A DNA stretch of 64,000 bases from Psammoneis japonica. Lineage: Eukaryota. This document shows, in pieces, positions 24,946 through 37,616 of the stretch. The notes under the pieces are model-generated. The model saw nothing but the letters and a program-made list of their open reading frames with translations. It was not told the origin of the DNA and made no database searches. The stretch's first letter is position 1. Each line of letters opens with the position of its first letter. The stretch is taken from contig QPGO01000024.1 in assembly GCA_008632985.1 (NCBI GenBank), positions 635,848-699,847 on the forward strand, written 5' to 3'. Position numbers and translations under genes: made by a program.

Positions 24946-25721
24946 TCTAATAACGGAACAATCTGTGGGTGTTTGTTCTCGTTCTCTCGGTTGCCTCTAC
25001 TAGAAGAAATTCTACCAACAGAGAGATACTCAACATTCTGTGAACCACGACGACACAGAAGGAACTGCGTATCGACGACCTAATAACCCTCACCAGATAC
25101 AGCAAACGACCTCCAAAGACCTTTGATCGTCAAAGGATCGCCTTGAAACAACACGTGATGGGGTCGGAGGACGATGGTTTTGGGTGAGAAAGTGGCGAGC
25201 AGATCCAACACTTCAATCAAGAAGATCCGTACAAATCCTGCGTACAATTCTACGAGAAAATCGGTGAATTTGATTCAGGACCTGGATGTAAGATTTGATG
25301 CAAGTTGCGTGATGATGACGTAACGTTTCTCATCGCGCGGCGTGCACGCGCGCTGCGCCGATTGAACGCGCAAGTCTGGTCTGTCATTGTACCGTTCGAA
25401 CGAGCGACGAAAAAAGGATATGTAAATATTCATGATGTATACCTTTCTAATAAATTAATCAATACTTATATAAATGATTAGGATAGTATTCGTGTCTGAA
25501 TTATTTATATTTCCTGCAAAGAACTCCTGCGTGGGTTCGCAGTTGCCAGTTCCCTCCACTCGAGACACGAGCACGAAAAGAACAAGCGAATGAGAGGTGA
25601 CAAACAACATCGCTCGAGAGAGGAAGAATACCTACTGTCAGCAAATGACGGGGCTGTCAGTGAACCAGACAAAGGTTGTTTGTATATTTTTCATTTTTGA
25701 ACTCTGATAAAAAGCTTAGAA

Positions 25722-26968
25722 ATGGTTGACAACGAGTTAGCGTTCCTCGAAAACGCCTCAGCTTCCTTACTCTCATTGAAAGCGTTGGCCCGGCTTCACC
25801 GCCGCTGGCATTTGAACCGGCAATTATTGGAAGAGCAGAGCGTGTCGACGCGGCTGTCTACAACCCTGTAACAGAGGATGTACTAGAAGTTACAAATATA
25901 ATTTATGAGCGACACCCGGACGGTCGGCCTCCAAAACGCGCTTATTGGGTTGGAAGAAAACTGAAAAAGTGTATCTTTGGTGTAGTCAAGTCGTGCACAG
26001 TCCTTAAGTTTCGAAATATGCACGATGTACCATGGGAGGTGACAGAACAGAAGGCAGCTGTAAAAATAATGTCGTGGCAAAAGATAAAGGACTTGCAACA
26101 TATTGAAGATCCAGAAAAAGAGGTGGCTGCTATGCAGCACGTTTCAAAAGATGGCGTACATCCACACGTTATGGGCGCCATTGATATCCTCAAAGACGAA
26201 GACTACTTGCTGTTGTTTATGCCGTTTTGCTCCTCTGGTGATTTATTTGGATTTGTACAGCAGGCAGGGAGATTTCCGGAAGAAATGGCACGGTATTGGT
26301 TCAAGCAGATATTAGAGGTTAGTTTGGCTGCTCTGTCGCCGCGAAAAAGAAAAGCATCAGTGGTTCGGTGTTTAGGCCATTATCTTATGCTTTTGTCACT
26401 TTCTACCTCAGGGACTGACACATCTTCAGAAAATGGGAGTTTGCCATCGAGACATGTCGCTTGAGAATATTTTAGTTGATCAGTATCGAACTTCCGTTGT
26501 GATTGATCTTGGAATGTGTCTTCGTGTTCCGTTTGCTCGAGACGGGGGTGGAGTCACGGACGTGGCTGGCGGGAATCTAAGACGACTTATTACTCCCATG
26601 ACTCCCTGTGGAAAACCAAATTACATTAGCCCAGAAGTCCTGGAGAGCTCACACGCCTTCGATGGATTCGCGATTGATTTGTGGGCGGCTGGTGTTATCC
26701 TATTTATCATGCTTGTTGGACTGCCCCCATGGGAGTTTGCTCGACCCGAAGATCCTCGATATCGAATGGTGGTCTCTGGCGAACTTGGCGGATGCTTCGA
26801 AGTTGGGGGCGCGAAGTGAGCGGTTGGGCGACAGATCTTTTGCAAAGCATGCTCATGGAAGATCCACGAAGGCGTCTATCACTTACTGAGGTTAAAGACC
26901 ACCCTTGGGTATGCGATCTCAACATAGAGACACAAGAAGCTCCAGAGCAAGAAGGATGGAGAGGATAA
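25722..26968 (+). CDS. Ser/Thr protein kinase (CAMK-like), multi-exon, apparent -1 frameshift near 26787
   Basis: AAVKIM, HRDMSLENIL, IDLG, CGKPNYISPE, DLWAAGVILF, DP..R.S..EV..HPW. Intron ~26318-26411; 5' exon approximate. Confidence 0.85.
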
Positions 26969-27327
26969 CAGCTACAAAAAAGCGTCAACTTATGTAGTGA
27001 GAGTTTTGTGATTGACGTTTCCTGCGGTCGTGCCTATCACGTCTTTGTTCTCGGGCACAAAGCAACGATACTTTCGGAAGTTGTATGCTGCCCTTGTACT
27101 GTAGTAAAGCCTTGTTTTGCAGGATTTGTCAAGCAGAACAGTCGTCTCTGCATTTCTGTAATACGGTATCTATCTATGCTATCATCCATCTGCTTGCTCT
27201 CGTCGTCTGTCATGTGCGTGCGACGGACGTCCAATAACTGCCCCAGCCTTCCCGCCATTTTTCCAGAAGCGAGCGACAGCGACTGAGGTATTTAGGGCCA
27301 TCATACTGTAACACCATTCGCATCGCC

Positions 27328-30091
27328 ATGGAGTTTTCAAAGTTCTTTGACGACGTGAAGAAGAAGAAGAAGCCAGCGCCTGATAGTGTCCAGTCAGAAT
27401 CTTCTAAAGACATGTCGTCCAGGAAGCGAAAGAATCGAGGGAAAACGGGGAAAAATGTGGGTGACACACCGTCGATTGGAGTCGGAGTCAAGGCTGGGAA
27501 GAAGAGGAAGCGCAACAGGCCGCCGAAAACCAAGAACAGCGGTTCAGACAGTGGCAAACGAAGAAAGTCGTCGCCGCCATCTGAGGAGGCCCTTGCTCTC
27601 TCATCGAGTCTCAAAGAGCTGTCAAAAAAGAAAAGCCTAAAACATGCGTTGAAATTGTATTGGGATCCTTCCAACGACGGCATTAGGGATGGCCACCATG
27701 GATGCATTATGGTAGACTGCTGCGCACGATCCGGGGATATCGAGGTGAGATTGCAAGTTCCAAGAAGGAATACCTCTCTAGAAGATGGTTTCTTGTCTTT
27801 AGTCTTTTCTTTCGTCGCCTCACTGCTCATCGTACCTGCCAGCAAGGTGAAAAAATAATTGCATCTATGCGAAAATCTCGAATTCATGTTAACGTTGAAA
27901 CGAACACGGCTCTTCTCAAAGGCTATTCACATTCAGGCATGATGGAAAAGGCGTCAAGTCTATTTAGAGAAATGTGCATGGCGAAGGGTAAGGCGCATTG
28001 TAGCTTCTCATGCGCTCGTTGCAAACTGGTCACCAATCTCTGACAGGTTCTCCTTCCTCATTACACTTTTCCAGCGAGACGAGACCGACCAAATGTCCGT
28101 ACTCTCAATACGCTACTCCGTGGATGTTTGTGGACAGCTGCTAGTTTATCTTGCGGGTCCCCGCGGAGACCCGTCGGTGGAGTGGTTACGAGCGAGGAGG
28201 CCTTGTCATTGTACCGGTCGAGTTTAGCAGAAGACGTCGAAACTGGACAGGAGATGGATTTGTCGTCATACGAATATTCCATTACGATGCTGTGTCAGGC
28301 ACTTTTATGTGACGCCTCTTCGAATAGAATCGACGAAATGAAACAAATGCTGGGAATAGGATTGCCTGGTAATGGCGGTAGTGTTGACAGATCCGCTACT
28401 GAGTCACTTGCTGTTTGTCTTCTATCTCTTTCGCGTTCCTATTCATTGCTTGGAAACTATGCAAAAGCCTCTGACGCTGCGGAGCATTCACTGAAGGCAT
28501 GTAACGAGGCGATTTCCTTCTTTGCGGACACGGTAGACGAAGGAAACTATATCGAAAACCGACGGCGTGGCATTAAGAAGAAAGAAACTTGTGGTGGTAA
28601 GTTTCTTGGCGGTTCGACGTTGTTATGTAGATCTTGTGCCACATAATTCGCGCCTGCTCACTTCTGTAGCATTTTTTGTTCGCTGTGGAAGGAAAACGGG
28701 CTTGGCGCAAACGGGGCGAAAATCCAACGATGTCCGCGAATGATGCACAAACGACTCGGAGAACTAACTCCAACACTCTCTTTCGCGTTCATCGCTTGAA
28801 AGAGATTGCTTCAGAGTGTCATCTGATTTTGTCAATGTGCAGAGAGAACCGACTTGAGTTAGGGGCGGATGCACTTGTCTTTTTCTTACTAACGCGACTG
28901 TTGTACTTCTCGGGCGGGGGCACGACAGGACTGTCAGCCACTCGCTCTCAGCGGAAGGATAAGGAACTGTCACCAACTCCAGAAGAGACTACTACCCAGC
29001 TTTTAACTTCTTTATGGCACTCATTTGGTCTCAAGGCGGCTCTTGACTGCTCCAGTTTCGAGCACAAGACACTCTCAAAGCAACATGTCCTGAGTGAGGA
29101 CGAATGCGGGAAGCTTGTCAAGGCTGCTGGCCTTTCAGGGACTGCTATTGACAATGAAGGATACTTAGACTTTAACTTCGTGTTCACGCCACAGTCGCAA
29201 GTGAATCGCACGAAAGAGGCATCAGCAAAAAGACCTATATGCATTGAGCTAGGATCGGGCTTTGGGGATTGGATTACTGTGCAAGCCCGGCTCAATCCAT
29301 CGACACAGTACGTTTCAGTCGAACTTCGTTCTGATCGAGTGGCACAGACCTTTTCCAAAGCGATGCTATACAACGGAAGCTCTCCGTTGAGCAATTTGTG
29401 CTGTGTGGGATCTGAAGCACTTTCATTTCTCCGAGACCGTGTACGACGCGGATCTGTTTCGACTGTTTTTGTGAACCATCCTGAGCCACCGACGCAAACG
29501 CATGGATCCTGCACTGTAGATTTGCTTGAAGTAGCAGATGGTGGGGATGAGTTGGCTCATATGTTAAACTCTGAAATGCTTATTTCTGCTGCTCATTGTC
29601 TCAAGGAAGGAGCTCAGTCTAGGCTTGTAATTGTCACTGACAACCGATGGTATGCGAGACTCATTTGCGCCACTCTGTTGAAGGTAATGCGTGAAAACAG
29701 CGGGTTGCTACATTCCGCAAAGTTGGGGGACAACAAATCAAGTGGCTTTCGTCAAGTTGAAGTCTTCCCTCGTGGACGCAACGAAACGGATCGCGTTATT
29801 CTGTACGAAGGGCAACCCTCTGCAGCCATTGGCCATGCATTGGATACAGGAAGTAAAGCAAGCATCGGAGTGAGCTATTTCGATCGCCTGTGGAGAATGG
29901 GAGCTGGAAGCCATGCTGAAGATAAGAAAAGATTTGTTATTGTTATGGAGAGGCCATCACAACACGTGAGGGGTAGTACGAACCACACGAAGTCGAAAGA
30001 TGTCGGACAAAAGAAAAAGAGGAAGAGTGAGGCAAAGCAGAGGAGGAGAAACGAACGAAGACTAAAGAAGCAGCTAGAAGCGTCAAACTGA
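27328..30091 (+). CDS. PPR-repeat protein fused to a TrmB/Trm8-like tRNA (guanine-N7)-methyltransferase domain, multi-exon
   Basis: PPR-like motifs (IMVDCCARSGD, NTALLKGYSHSGMMEKASSLFREM, PNVRTLNTLLRGC) followed by IELGSGFGDW...VELRSDRV...VNHPEPP...IVTDNRWY. Introns at ~27745, ~27988 and ~28597. Confidence 0.7.
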
Positions 30092-30449
30092 GGCCTTCGC
30101 CTGACGTAAAGATGTCGTTGGCGGCCAAGATTGGAGGTTGCGATGCACACCTATGCTCTTCTTTCAGTCACAAATCCCGAAACTAAGTCGTAGCTCGAAT
30201 ATTGTTCTGCTTGGCTATCGGATAAAACATAACCTCCTCCTTAGTGCTTAAAAAATGTTTCGGAGAAAAATACCTGGTTGTCAGAGTGTGATTTCATTTC
30301 CCAATGCAAAGTGTGCAAGTTCGGAGGTTTATGTTGCTTACTCGAGTGTGTTCATCAACAGTTGTTGCGGCGTGTCTAGAGTAAAGGGGTACTTGTAGAG
30401 TTCCTCCCTGATTCGGTGGGACAAAATCATCTTTCAGCTTGCCCCGGTA

Positions 30450-30895
30450 GGGCTAAGTGACCGGTACTCTACTCTCTAGTAGTTAGTAGCTCTAGCAGCA
30501 GCTCTACTCTCTACTAGAGAGAGTCGAGTACCAGGTTAGGTAGTCTTTAAAGTGTCGGCAGCGCAGACGGATCGGACAGATACCGTACGTAGATAAGATA
30601 GAATTAGTCTGAGAGCTCTACTAGAGTAGAGAGTAGAGTAGCCATAGCGCTACGCTACTCTCTCTCTACTCTAGAGTAGTACCGGTAGAGAGAGGAGAGT
30701 AGCTACTCCAGCTAGCTCTACTCTCTAGCTATAGCGTAGTAGGGCTAGCTAGCTAGGCTAGCTACTAGTAGATAGCTACTCTCTCGTCTCTCGCGTCGCG
30801 CGCTCTATCTTATCTATTAGATAGATCTATCTATCGGTAGATTATCACGTCTTGCATTCCATCCAGCCATTATGATACCTCTCTCTCTACTTGCT
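30450..30895. repeat. TA/CG-rich, TG/CA-poor low-complexity tract (CTAG/TAGAG/CTACT motifs) upstream of the FCP gene
   Basis: 30601-30840 has dozens of TA but only 1 TG and 2 CA (counted by eye). Confidence 0.85.
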
Positions 30896-31094
30896 ACAAA
30901 AAGGAGAGCGAGACCTCGAGGTAGGAAGCAACACTCCTTGAACTCGTATCTTGCTACGTAAACTTTCTACCTGCAACTCTGGTACATGAAATTCGCGACA
31001 CGCATTTTGAATCAAAGGATCTTCTCTGACGAGCCTCCGCCTCTCAATGCTCTCACTCTTTGAACGTACCAAGCAGTCGTAACAAGAAGTAACA

Positions 31095-31718
31095 ATGAAG
31101 CTCGCCGTCGCCGCCCTCCTCATCAGCTCTGCTGCCGCCTTCGCCCCTGCCCAGAACGGACGGGCTTCCACCACCCTCAATGTCAACGAGCTCGAGCTTG
31201 GAGTCACTGAACCCCTAGGTGTGTTTGATCCCCTCGGATGGCTCGAGACCGAGCCCCAGGCCTTCGAACGTCGTCGTGCCGTTGAGCGTAAGCACGGACG
31301 TGTCGCAATGGCTGCCGTTGTTGGAGTCATCGTGCACAACAACCACATTGTCTTCGATGGATACCTCTCCCCCTCCAACAACCTCAAGTTCTCCGATGTT
31401 CCCACCGGCATTGACGGAATCCGCGCAATCCCCACCGCCGGACTTGCCCAGATCCTTGCTTTCTTCGCCCTTGTCGAGCTCGCCTGGATGCCTGCCTCCA
31501 AGTACGACGGAGACTATGGTGTTGGTTACTTCGGTACCGATATTGAGGACCCCGAAGAGAAGGCCCGCAAGCTTAATGTCGAGCTCAACAACGGCCGTGC
31601 TGCTATGATGGGTATCATGGGTAACATGGTTGCTGAGGTTCTCACCGGACAAACCATGTACGAGCAATACGCCGATGGACACATCTCCCCCTTCGGTGAT
31701 GGACAGGGTGTCTTCTAA
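31095..31718 (+). CDS. Lhcf: Fucoxanthin-chlorophyll a/c binding protein (Lhcf; FCP-A-like), copy 1
   Basis: Signal peptide plus AF-AP plastid motif, FDPLG, ERKHGRVAMAA, ELNNGRAAMMG. Closely resembles the Chaetoceros PSII FCP-A sequence as I recall it. Confidence 0.97.
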   Translation: MKLAVAALLISSAAAFAPAQNGRASTTLNVNELELGVTEPLGVFDPLGWLETEPQAFERRRAVERKHGRVAMAAVVGVIVHNNHIVFDGYLSPSNNLKFSDVPTGIDGIRAIPTAGLAQILAFFALVELAWMPASKYDGDYGVGYFGTDIEDPEEKARKLNVELNNGRAAMMGIMGNMVAEVLTGQTMYEQYADGHISPFGDGQGVF

Positions 31719-32059
31719 GATGTGACCTTTCGCAAGTCATGAAACTATGCTACGTCTGCAGTTTGGGTGAACAATGAGCGCTTCTTCCATTGCGAGTAGA
31801 CTTTTTACAATAGAGATTCTTAGCAAGGACAACAGTTGTTTTCAGCTATACATAGCAGGTCATTATGTTTGTGTAGAGAATGTCTATGTTTGCCATGGCA
31901 TGTTCTTATTACTTATCTTGCGGGCATCCCAACCCCAAACATTCATCCTTGATCTATCAACTATCAACCTTCAAAACTGATTCGAAATGAGGGACGACGC
32001 TGGCAGCTAAAGACATTTTGGCGATGATTCGAGACGCCAAAAAAGGGATTTTTGGCGTC

Positions 32060-35000
32060 ACAATCAAACAGGTTTGTGGCGTTTGTGGTGCCACTACAGC
32101 GCGATTTGCGTTGCATGCACACACGACATCCACATAGATGGGTGCGGTGCGTCCGTGTGTCTAACAAATGACAAGGATTCGCCTTCTTATGTAGAAAAAG
32201 CAGGTAGAGGCAGGACCAACGTTCTGCCGTCGCTCAGAAGCTCAAGCTTTTTCGGACATGTGCAAACAGATGCTTTCGCAATGCTTTGTTTCAGATCATC
32301 TTGATTGAGTTGTTCCTGGAAGCAGCTTGAACAACGAGCATTGCATCCACAAGCGCTTGCTGAGCTCTTGTCATTCCAGCCTCGCTGCCATGCAATGCTG
32401 CCGTGGAAAGCTCCTTTCGGTTTCCCAACACCGTCGTGCTGTGCAGGCAAACCTGTCGCCCAGTGGCAACCATCATGCCTTTGCAGTCGGCATGCTCTTC
32501 TGTCACAGAGAGTGATGATCAAATGGAAACGACTGGAACAGCAATCAACCCAGAAGAACGTTTGGATAATTTGGCTGAATCTTCGCTGTGATTTTTGATG
32601 ATGCCTGTGTGCACGCAGTTTTCTTCACTTTCTTTTGGTTCAAGCTCGGCTTCCTGGCATCAGCCTTGAGGGGTTGAATCTTTGGCATCGTGTCTCCGAT
32701 GTAAATTTCATCATGGATGAATGCCCCATGTTCTTTGCCTTTCACCACTTTTGTGCTGTTCACTGTTCACACAGGTGCTGCTGCCATTGATGACTTGAAT
32801 GGCACAGAGTTGCTTGGTGGCAGCAAGAACAAGCTTGACACGAGAAGCCTCCAAGTCGGAATCATTTGTCAAGACGAATCATGCGGTCCTTTGGATGCCA
32901 AAAGAAGGATGCTGCATTCGGAAGCCGAGGCAGCATCACTTGAAGGGGCACGTTGGGTCTCAAGTGCTTGATGGCACATGGTGCAGGTCGCCATTGGGGC
33001 ATTTCCAGTGCTCTGAGATGAACTTTTGATCTTCAAACGGGACTTCCTCATCACTCTTTTTGCCCTTCACGCCATCAACCTTGAAGCCTCGAATGTGCTC
33101 TGCCCAGCAAGAACCAGCTTCACCCAAGAACTCCCCCTTCATCAATGAAAATGCGTCTCGGGTGAATCTTGGCAGTTTTGTTTCCTTCTCGCGATTGATG
33201 ATTTTGGATCGATCCCAGTGCGCCTGAACCATCTTGGCTGATTTCTTCTAAAGGGCGGCCAGTTTGGATGGATCCGTGCTGACAACTCCAGGTGAGCAAT
33301 GGTTGTTTCAGGATTTGACACTTGAACAGTGCTGCACGTCATGGTGCGATGCCATCTTCCATCAAGTTTTTGGAAGATTGGTGCTGACGTCCCCAGTCTG
33401 CGGGGAAAAGAAAAAGAATTTGCAACAGACCGCTCCACTGCAGCAGCAACAATGGTGGCACTCTCTCCACTGGCTGGCACTGCATGCAAGACGAGAGACG
33501 AGGCTCATCACACTTTGCACAGTCGAAACTCGCCTTGGCTTCATCTTCAGCAATGAGGCGATGAGCGATGAGAAAAGTGATGGGAAGCAGAGCAGACTCT
33601 GCTGCTCTGCTAGATGTGACAGAGGGGAGCAAGCCTCTGCAAGGTCCGATGCTTTTTTTGCGAGGTCCAATGCATTTTTAAAAAAAGCAATTGAACCTCA
33701 TGCAGTGCAGCAGGCAAAAAAGAAAGCACAACACAAGAGCATCAATGCAATGTGCACAACATTGTGGTTGTGACATCCATCCATCCCAGCCCAAAGCCTC
33801 AAATGTTTCCATTGCATCCTGCCCTTCTCCACCTGGAAGTCAATGTGCCACTTCGTCACTCGCAGGCACGCACGTGCGGCAATGGTTGCCCATTTCACTT
33901 GTGTCACATCGGCGGGAAGTTTTGGCTCTCGGAACCCAAGCAACGGCCCCTCTCTGGTGATGTGAAGAGCAGAAGACCCACAATTGTGATGATGTGGTGT
34001 GTTTCAAGATGTTTCACTGCTGCAAACAGCTCTGTGAGACACTCGTTGACCTTGCTGAGAATGCCGGCAGCTTTGTGTTGATCGGAGCTTGGCAGAGTGT
34101 TGTGTCTTTTTCAAGACAGACCAACAGTGAGTCAGCACAAGGTGCACAAGCCACATTTGGTGGACGGAAACTCAAGCAGAATGACTTGGATTGAAAGATG
34201 TTCCTGTGTGTGCGTGTCGATGCAACTGGCATTGTAACTCCATTTTCGATGATGAGATGCGGATGCATGGCATGATTCATGGGCAAATCACTGTCGTCAC
34301 ATCATCACGTGAATCGAAAGAGATTCCATGTGAGGTGAGTCATTAAACTCTCACACACTGCATTTTCTCTGCATTTTGGGAATGACCATTTCTTGCTGTT
34401 GCCAGTGTCAGCACGCGAAAGCCAGGTTGCTGCCAAATGGATTCGTTGTTGCTTCGCCAAGACTCCAGAGATCGAGCTCGCATCTTTGGAAGTTTCAGCG
34501 GGGGCGGCAGCGGCGATGTTGCAAACAATTGGATGCAATCCATTCAAAATGGAGCAGGAGGCAGCAACAAGCAGCAATGCAGTGCATTGACACAACACCA
34601 GCCATGCCAGTGTAGACATTGCACATGTGACGGGGTTGACTCACAAGTCAATTTTGGTGCTCGTTCTGCAAAATCTGGTGCAGACGAGAAATTCAGTCCA
34701 AACCTCATTGTCTTGACCAATGCACTGCTGTCTCCATGGGGGAGAGTCGTTTGGGCGGGATGCAAAGTTGCAGCACCCAAGAATCAAAACGAGTGGAGAA
34801 CCCAAATTGAAAAGACACAATCTGGACCATGCGGCAGTGGCGGCACAGTCTGCACTGCTGGATTGCCAGGCAAGTGCTGCAAAGTTGCGTCGAACATTTG
34901 CAGGAGTGCACAGCAGAAGATTGACTTTTGAATGTCGTGTTCAACAGCAGCACTTGTGTGGTTGGCTCTGTGGGCAGTCTTTCATGACACACCCGCTGTG

Positions 35001-35440
35001 GCCCGGACACGATCTCACACGGACAAACGAAGGAAGGAGCAGCAATCCATTTTCCAATGGCAACCCCGCTGAAACGCACTTTCAATGATGAAGCCTGGTT
35101 GGATTGCATGCTGAATGTCACACAGCATGCATGGTGGAACTTCTTCGAGAAAGACAAGGACCCCCCTGCCACACACCAAATGTCTTGTTGGAACTCCCAC
35201 TGCTCCCTCGCAACCGGCTGCTTCAGTTTCTCTCCATCCTCCTCACCTCTTTGCAGCAGCAGCAGCAAAGAGGTGCAACAAAGGCTGCATTGCAATCTGT
35301 TGCGGCATCCCGACACTGCCACAGGGATTGTTCTTGCTCGTTTTCGTGCCTGTTCTCATGATGGATTCCTCCAACCGCGAATGAACATTCACATGACATT
35401 TGAAAAGAAAAACACAAAAACCTTTTTTTTCTCTTCTAAG
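32060..35440. mobile_element. Island 3: TpA-depleted but partly CpG-retaining repeat island bounded by hairpins
   Basis: 33241-33600 has 1 TA versus 13 CG (counted by eye). Hairpin at 32033-32059 and palindrome at 35454-35481 lie at the edges. No family recognised. Confidence 0.7.
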
Positions 35441-35453
35441 AAGTCGGGTGAGT

Positions 35454-35481
35454 CGTACCGGCGCGGCGCCGCGCCGGTACG
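35454..35481. repeat. Perfect 28-bp GC-rich palindrome
   Basis: cgtaccggcgcggcgccgcgccggtacg equals its own reverse complement. Confidence 0.95.
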
Positions 35482-35607
35482 GTAGGTACCTCCACAGTAC
35501 TACCACAAGCGTCATTCAGTGCTTGTCCATCAGTCCACATCTTGATGAAATCGCTCATGCCTCATGCATCTCGCTCTTGATTGCTTATGGGACTCTTGTT
35601 GTAAAGA

Positions 35608-37346
35608 ATGTGGCGGAACCTCCATTTTTTAATTGGCGTTCTACATGCAGTTTTCGGATCTTATCATGATTTGTCACCTGGAGATCTTTTGTCTTTAGGG
35701 GACCAAGCTTTGGCCTCGTCCGAGTTAGACAGTGCGACTGACATATACCAGCAGGGGATAGAATCGCTCACGGGCGACGAGTCTTTGGTTACTGCTCTAT
35801 CGCTGCACACAAATCTAGGAACTGCGCTTTCTACAATGGGAAGAGATCAGGATGCGATCGAATCTTACAAAAACGCAATTGCGATCTTCAGTGATGAAAT
35901 TGAAGACATTGTTGATAAAGGTGCGAGGAACGACGCTGAGAAGATCGCTGCACAAGCGTCCTTCTTTCTTGGTATGGTTTATCAAGAACTTGGACAGCAC
36001 CAGAAGTCTGCAGATGCATATGCGTATGCAAACACCCTGGATCCCCAGCACTGGGCTGCGCTGGCCAACATGGGGTCGGTTTTGCATGACGACCTCAAAC
36101 AGCACGGCGACGCTCTTTTGGCATACAACAAGGCTTTCGAGATATTGACACAGACAGAGGTGGAGCCAACTGACCCACCCGAGAATCCGCGATACATTCT
36201 TTCACAGTTACAATATCGAATGGGATTGGCCATTACATCTGATCCGAATCGGAAATGCGCGCTGATGGGAGATCCGACAAATCCAGTGTCTTGCCAAGAA
36301 ATGGCTGCAAACGCGTTTTCTACAGCACTTAAGTATGATCCTAACAATGAAAATGCGAAACACATGTTGGCAACGATTACAGCAGACGCGACAATGAAGC
36401 GAGCTTCGAATGTGTATGTGAAGGACCTGTTTGACGACTACGCTGCAAAGTAAGTTTACCATTGCCCAACATTCCTTCGATGTTCTTCCAAAAATCAAGA
36501 ATCAGCTGACACTCGTATGCTGTTTGGCTGCTTTGCTAGTTTCGAGCATTCGTTGGTGTCGGAACTTGGCTATAACGGATTTGAGCGTTTGCGTCGGGGA
36601 TTCGACAGAGCGTTTGGAGGAGAAGTACCTCGGTTTCCTGTTGTCATTGACGCTGGTTGCGGAACAGGACTTGTCGGTGAACAGGTAAGGGTATTGAAAC
36701 GCTAGAACATCACTCGCTATTGAAACGGGAAATGCGCTAACAGATCCTTTCGACTTATTTGCGTAGTTCCGAAACGTAAGCGGAAAGCTGATTGGTGTCG
36801 ATCTCAGCCAAGCCATTATTGATGAAGCGATAAAGGCTCGCCCTAACCTTTATGATGATACCAGAGAGGGAGACGTCATGGACGCCTTTCGCGAAATGAA
36901 GCCGATATCATTAATCGTTGCTGGGGATTCGTACATATACTTTGGGGACCTTGACCCCCTATTCGAATCCATGCAATATGGTCTCGCGGATGGCGGATAC
37001 GCCGCTTTTACGCTCGAGAATGTTAGTAAAGAATCAGAGCAAAGGTAATGATGGCTGTTTACATCAAAATGCATAGAATGGCTTTTAGCTTGGGATCTCA
37101 CGGAACCCTGCTCCCGCCGTTTCCTGACTTAGCCTTGGAGAAACGAAACCGGACTGGCGGTGGCAGCTCACGCCATCAGGGCGTTTCGCCCATCGAAAGG
37201 AATATGTTGTTTCTGTGGGAGAGGGACATGACCTGGAATTGTTCCATTACGAACCGCTGGAGGATTTCCGTTTTGAAAACGGTGTTGGGGTGCGAGGCCA
37301 CATTTTTGTGATGCGGAAGAAAGGAGCAGAAACTCAAGAATTATAA
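35608..37346 (+). CDS. TPR-containing class I SAM-dependent methyltransferase, multi-exon
   Basis: TPR helices, then YVKDLFDDYA|FEHSLVSELGY, IDAGCGTGLVG, LIGVDLS, YIYFGDL, SGRFAH...Y. Introns ~36450-36538, ~36685-36766 and ~37045-37132. Ends ETQEL*. Confidence 0.85.
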
Positions 37347-37616
37347 TTTCGCTACAAAGTAACCGACCAGATACTTTTTTCTAACAAAACAGAGTATGGA
37401 AAAAGGAATTTTGATGTCAGCGTTTCGAGCTTGTTCATTACAGTCTGCTCCAAATACTTTTATTCAAACTAACGTACAACACATATAAAGGTAGATAACC
37501 GAGGTTTGCCATGTTTAATTCCATCAACCGAACGCAGCTCGTTTCGATTGCACTTCTCCCTCTCCAACGCCAGCCGGGTGTTTCAGCAATGCTAAGATGC
37601 GTCGAAGAGACTTTCT

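Noticed and set aside
30887..31682. Long antisense and alternative-frame ORFs over the FCP genes (also 54609-55350)
   Set aside because: A by-product of strong codon bias in a highly expressed gene.
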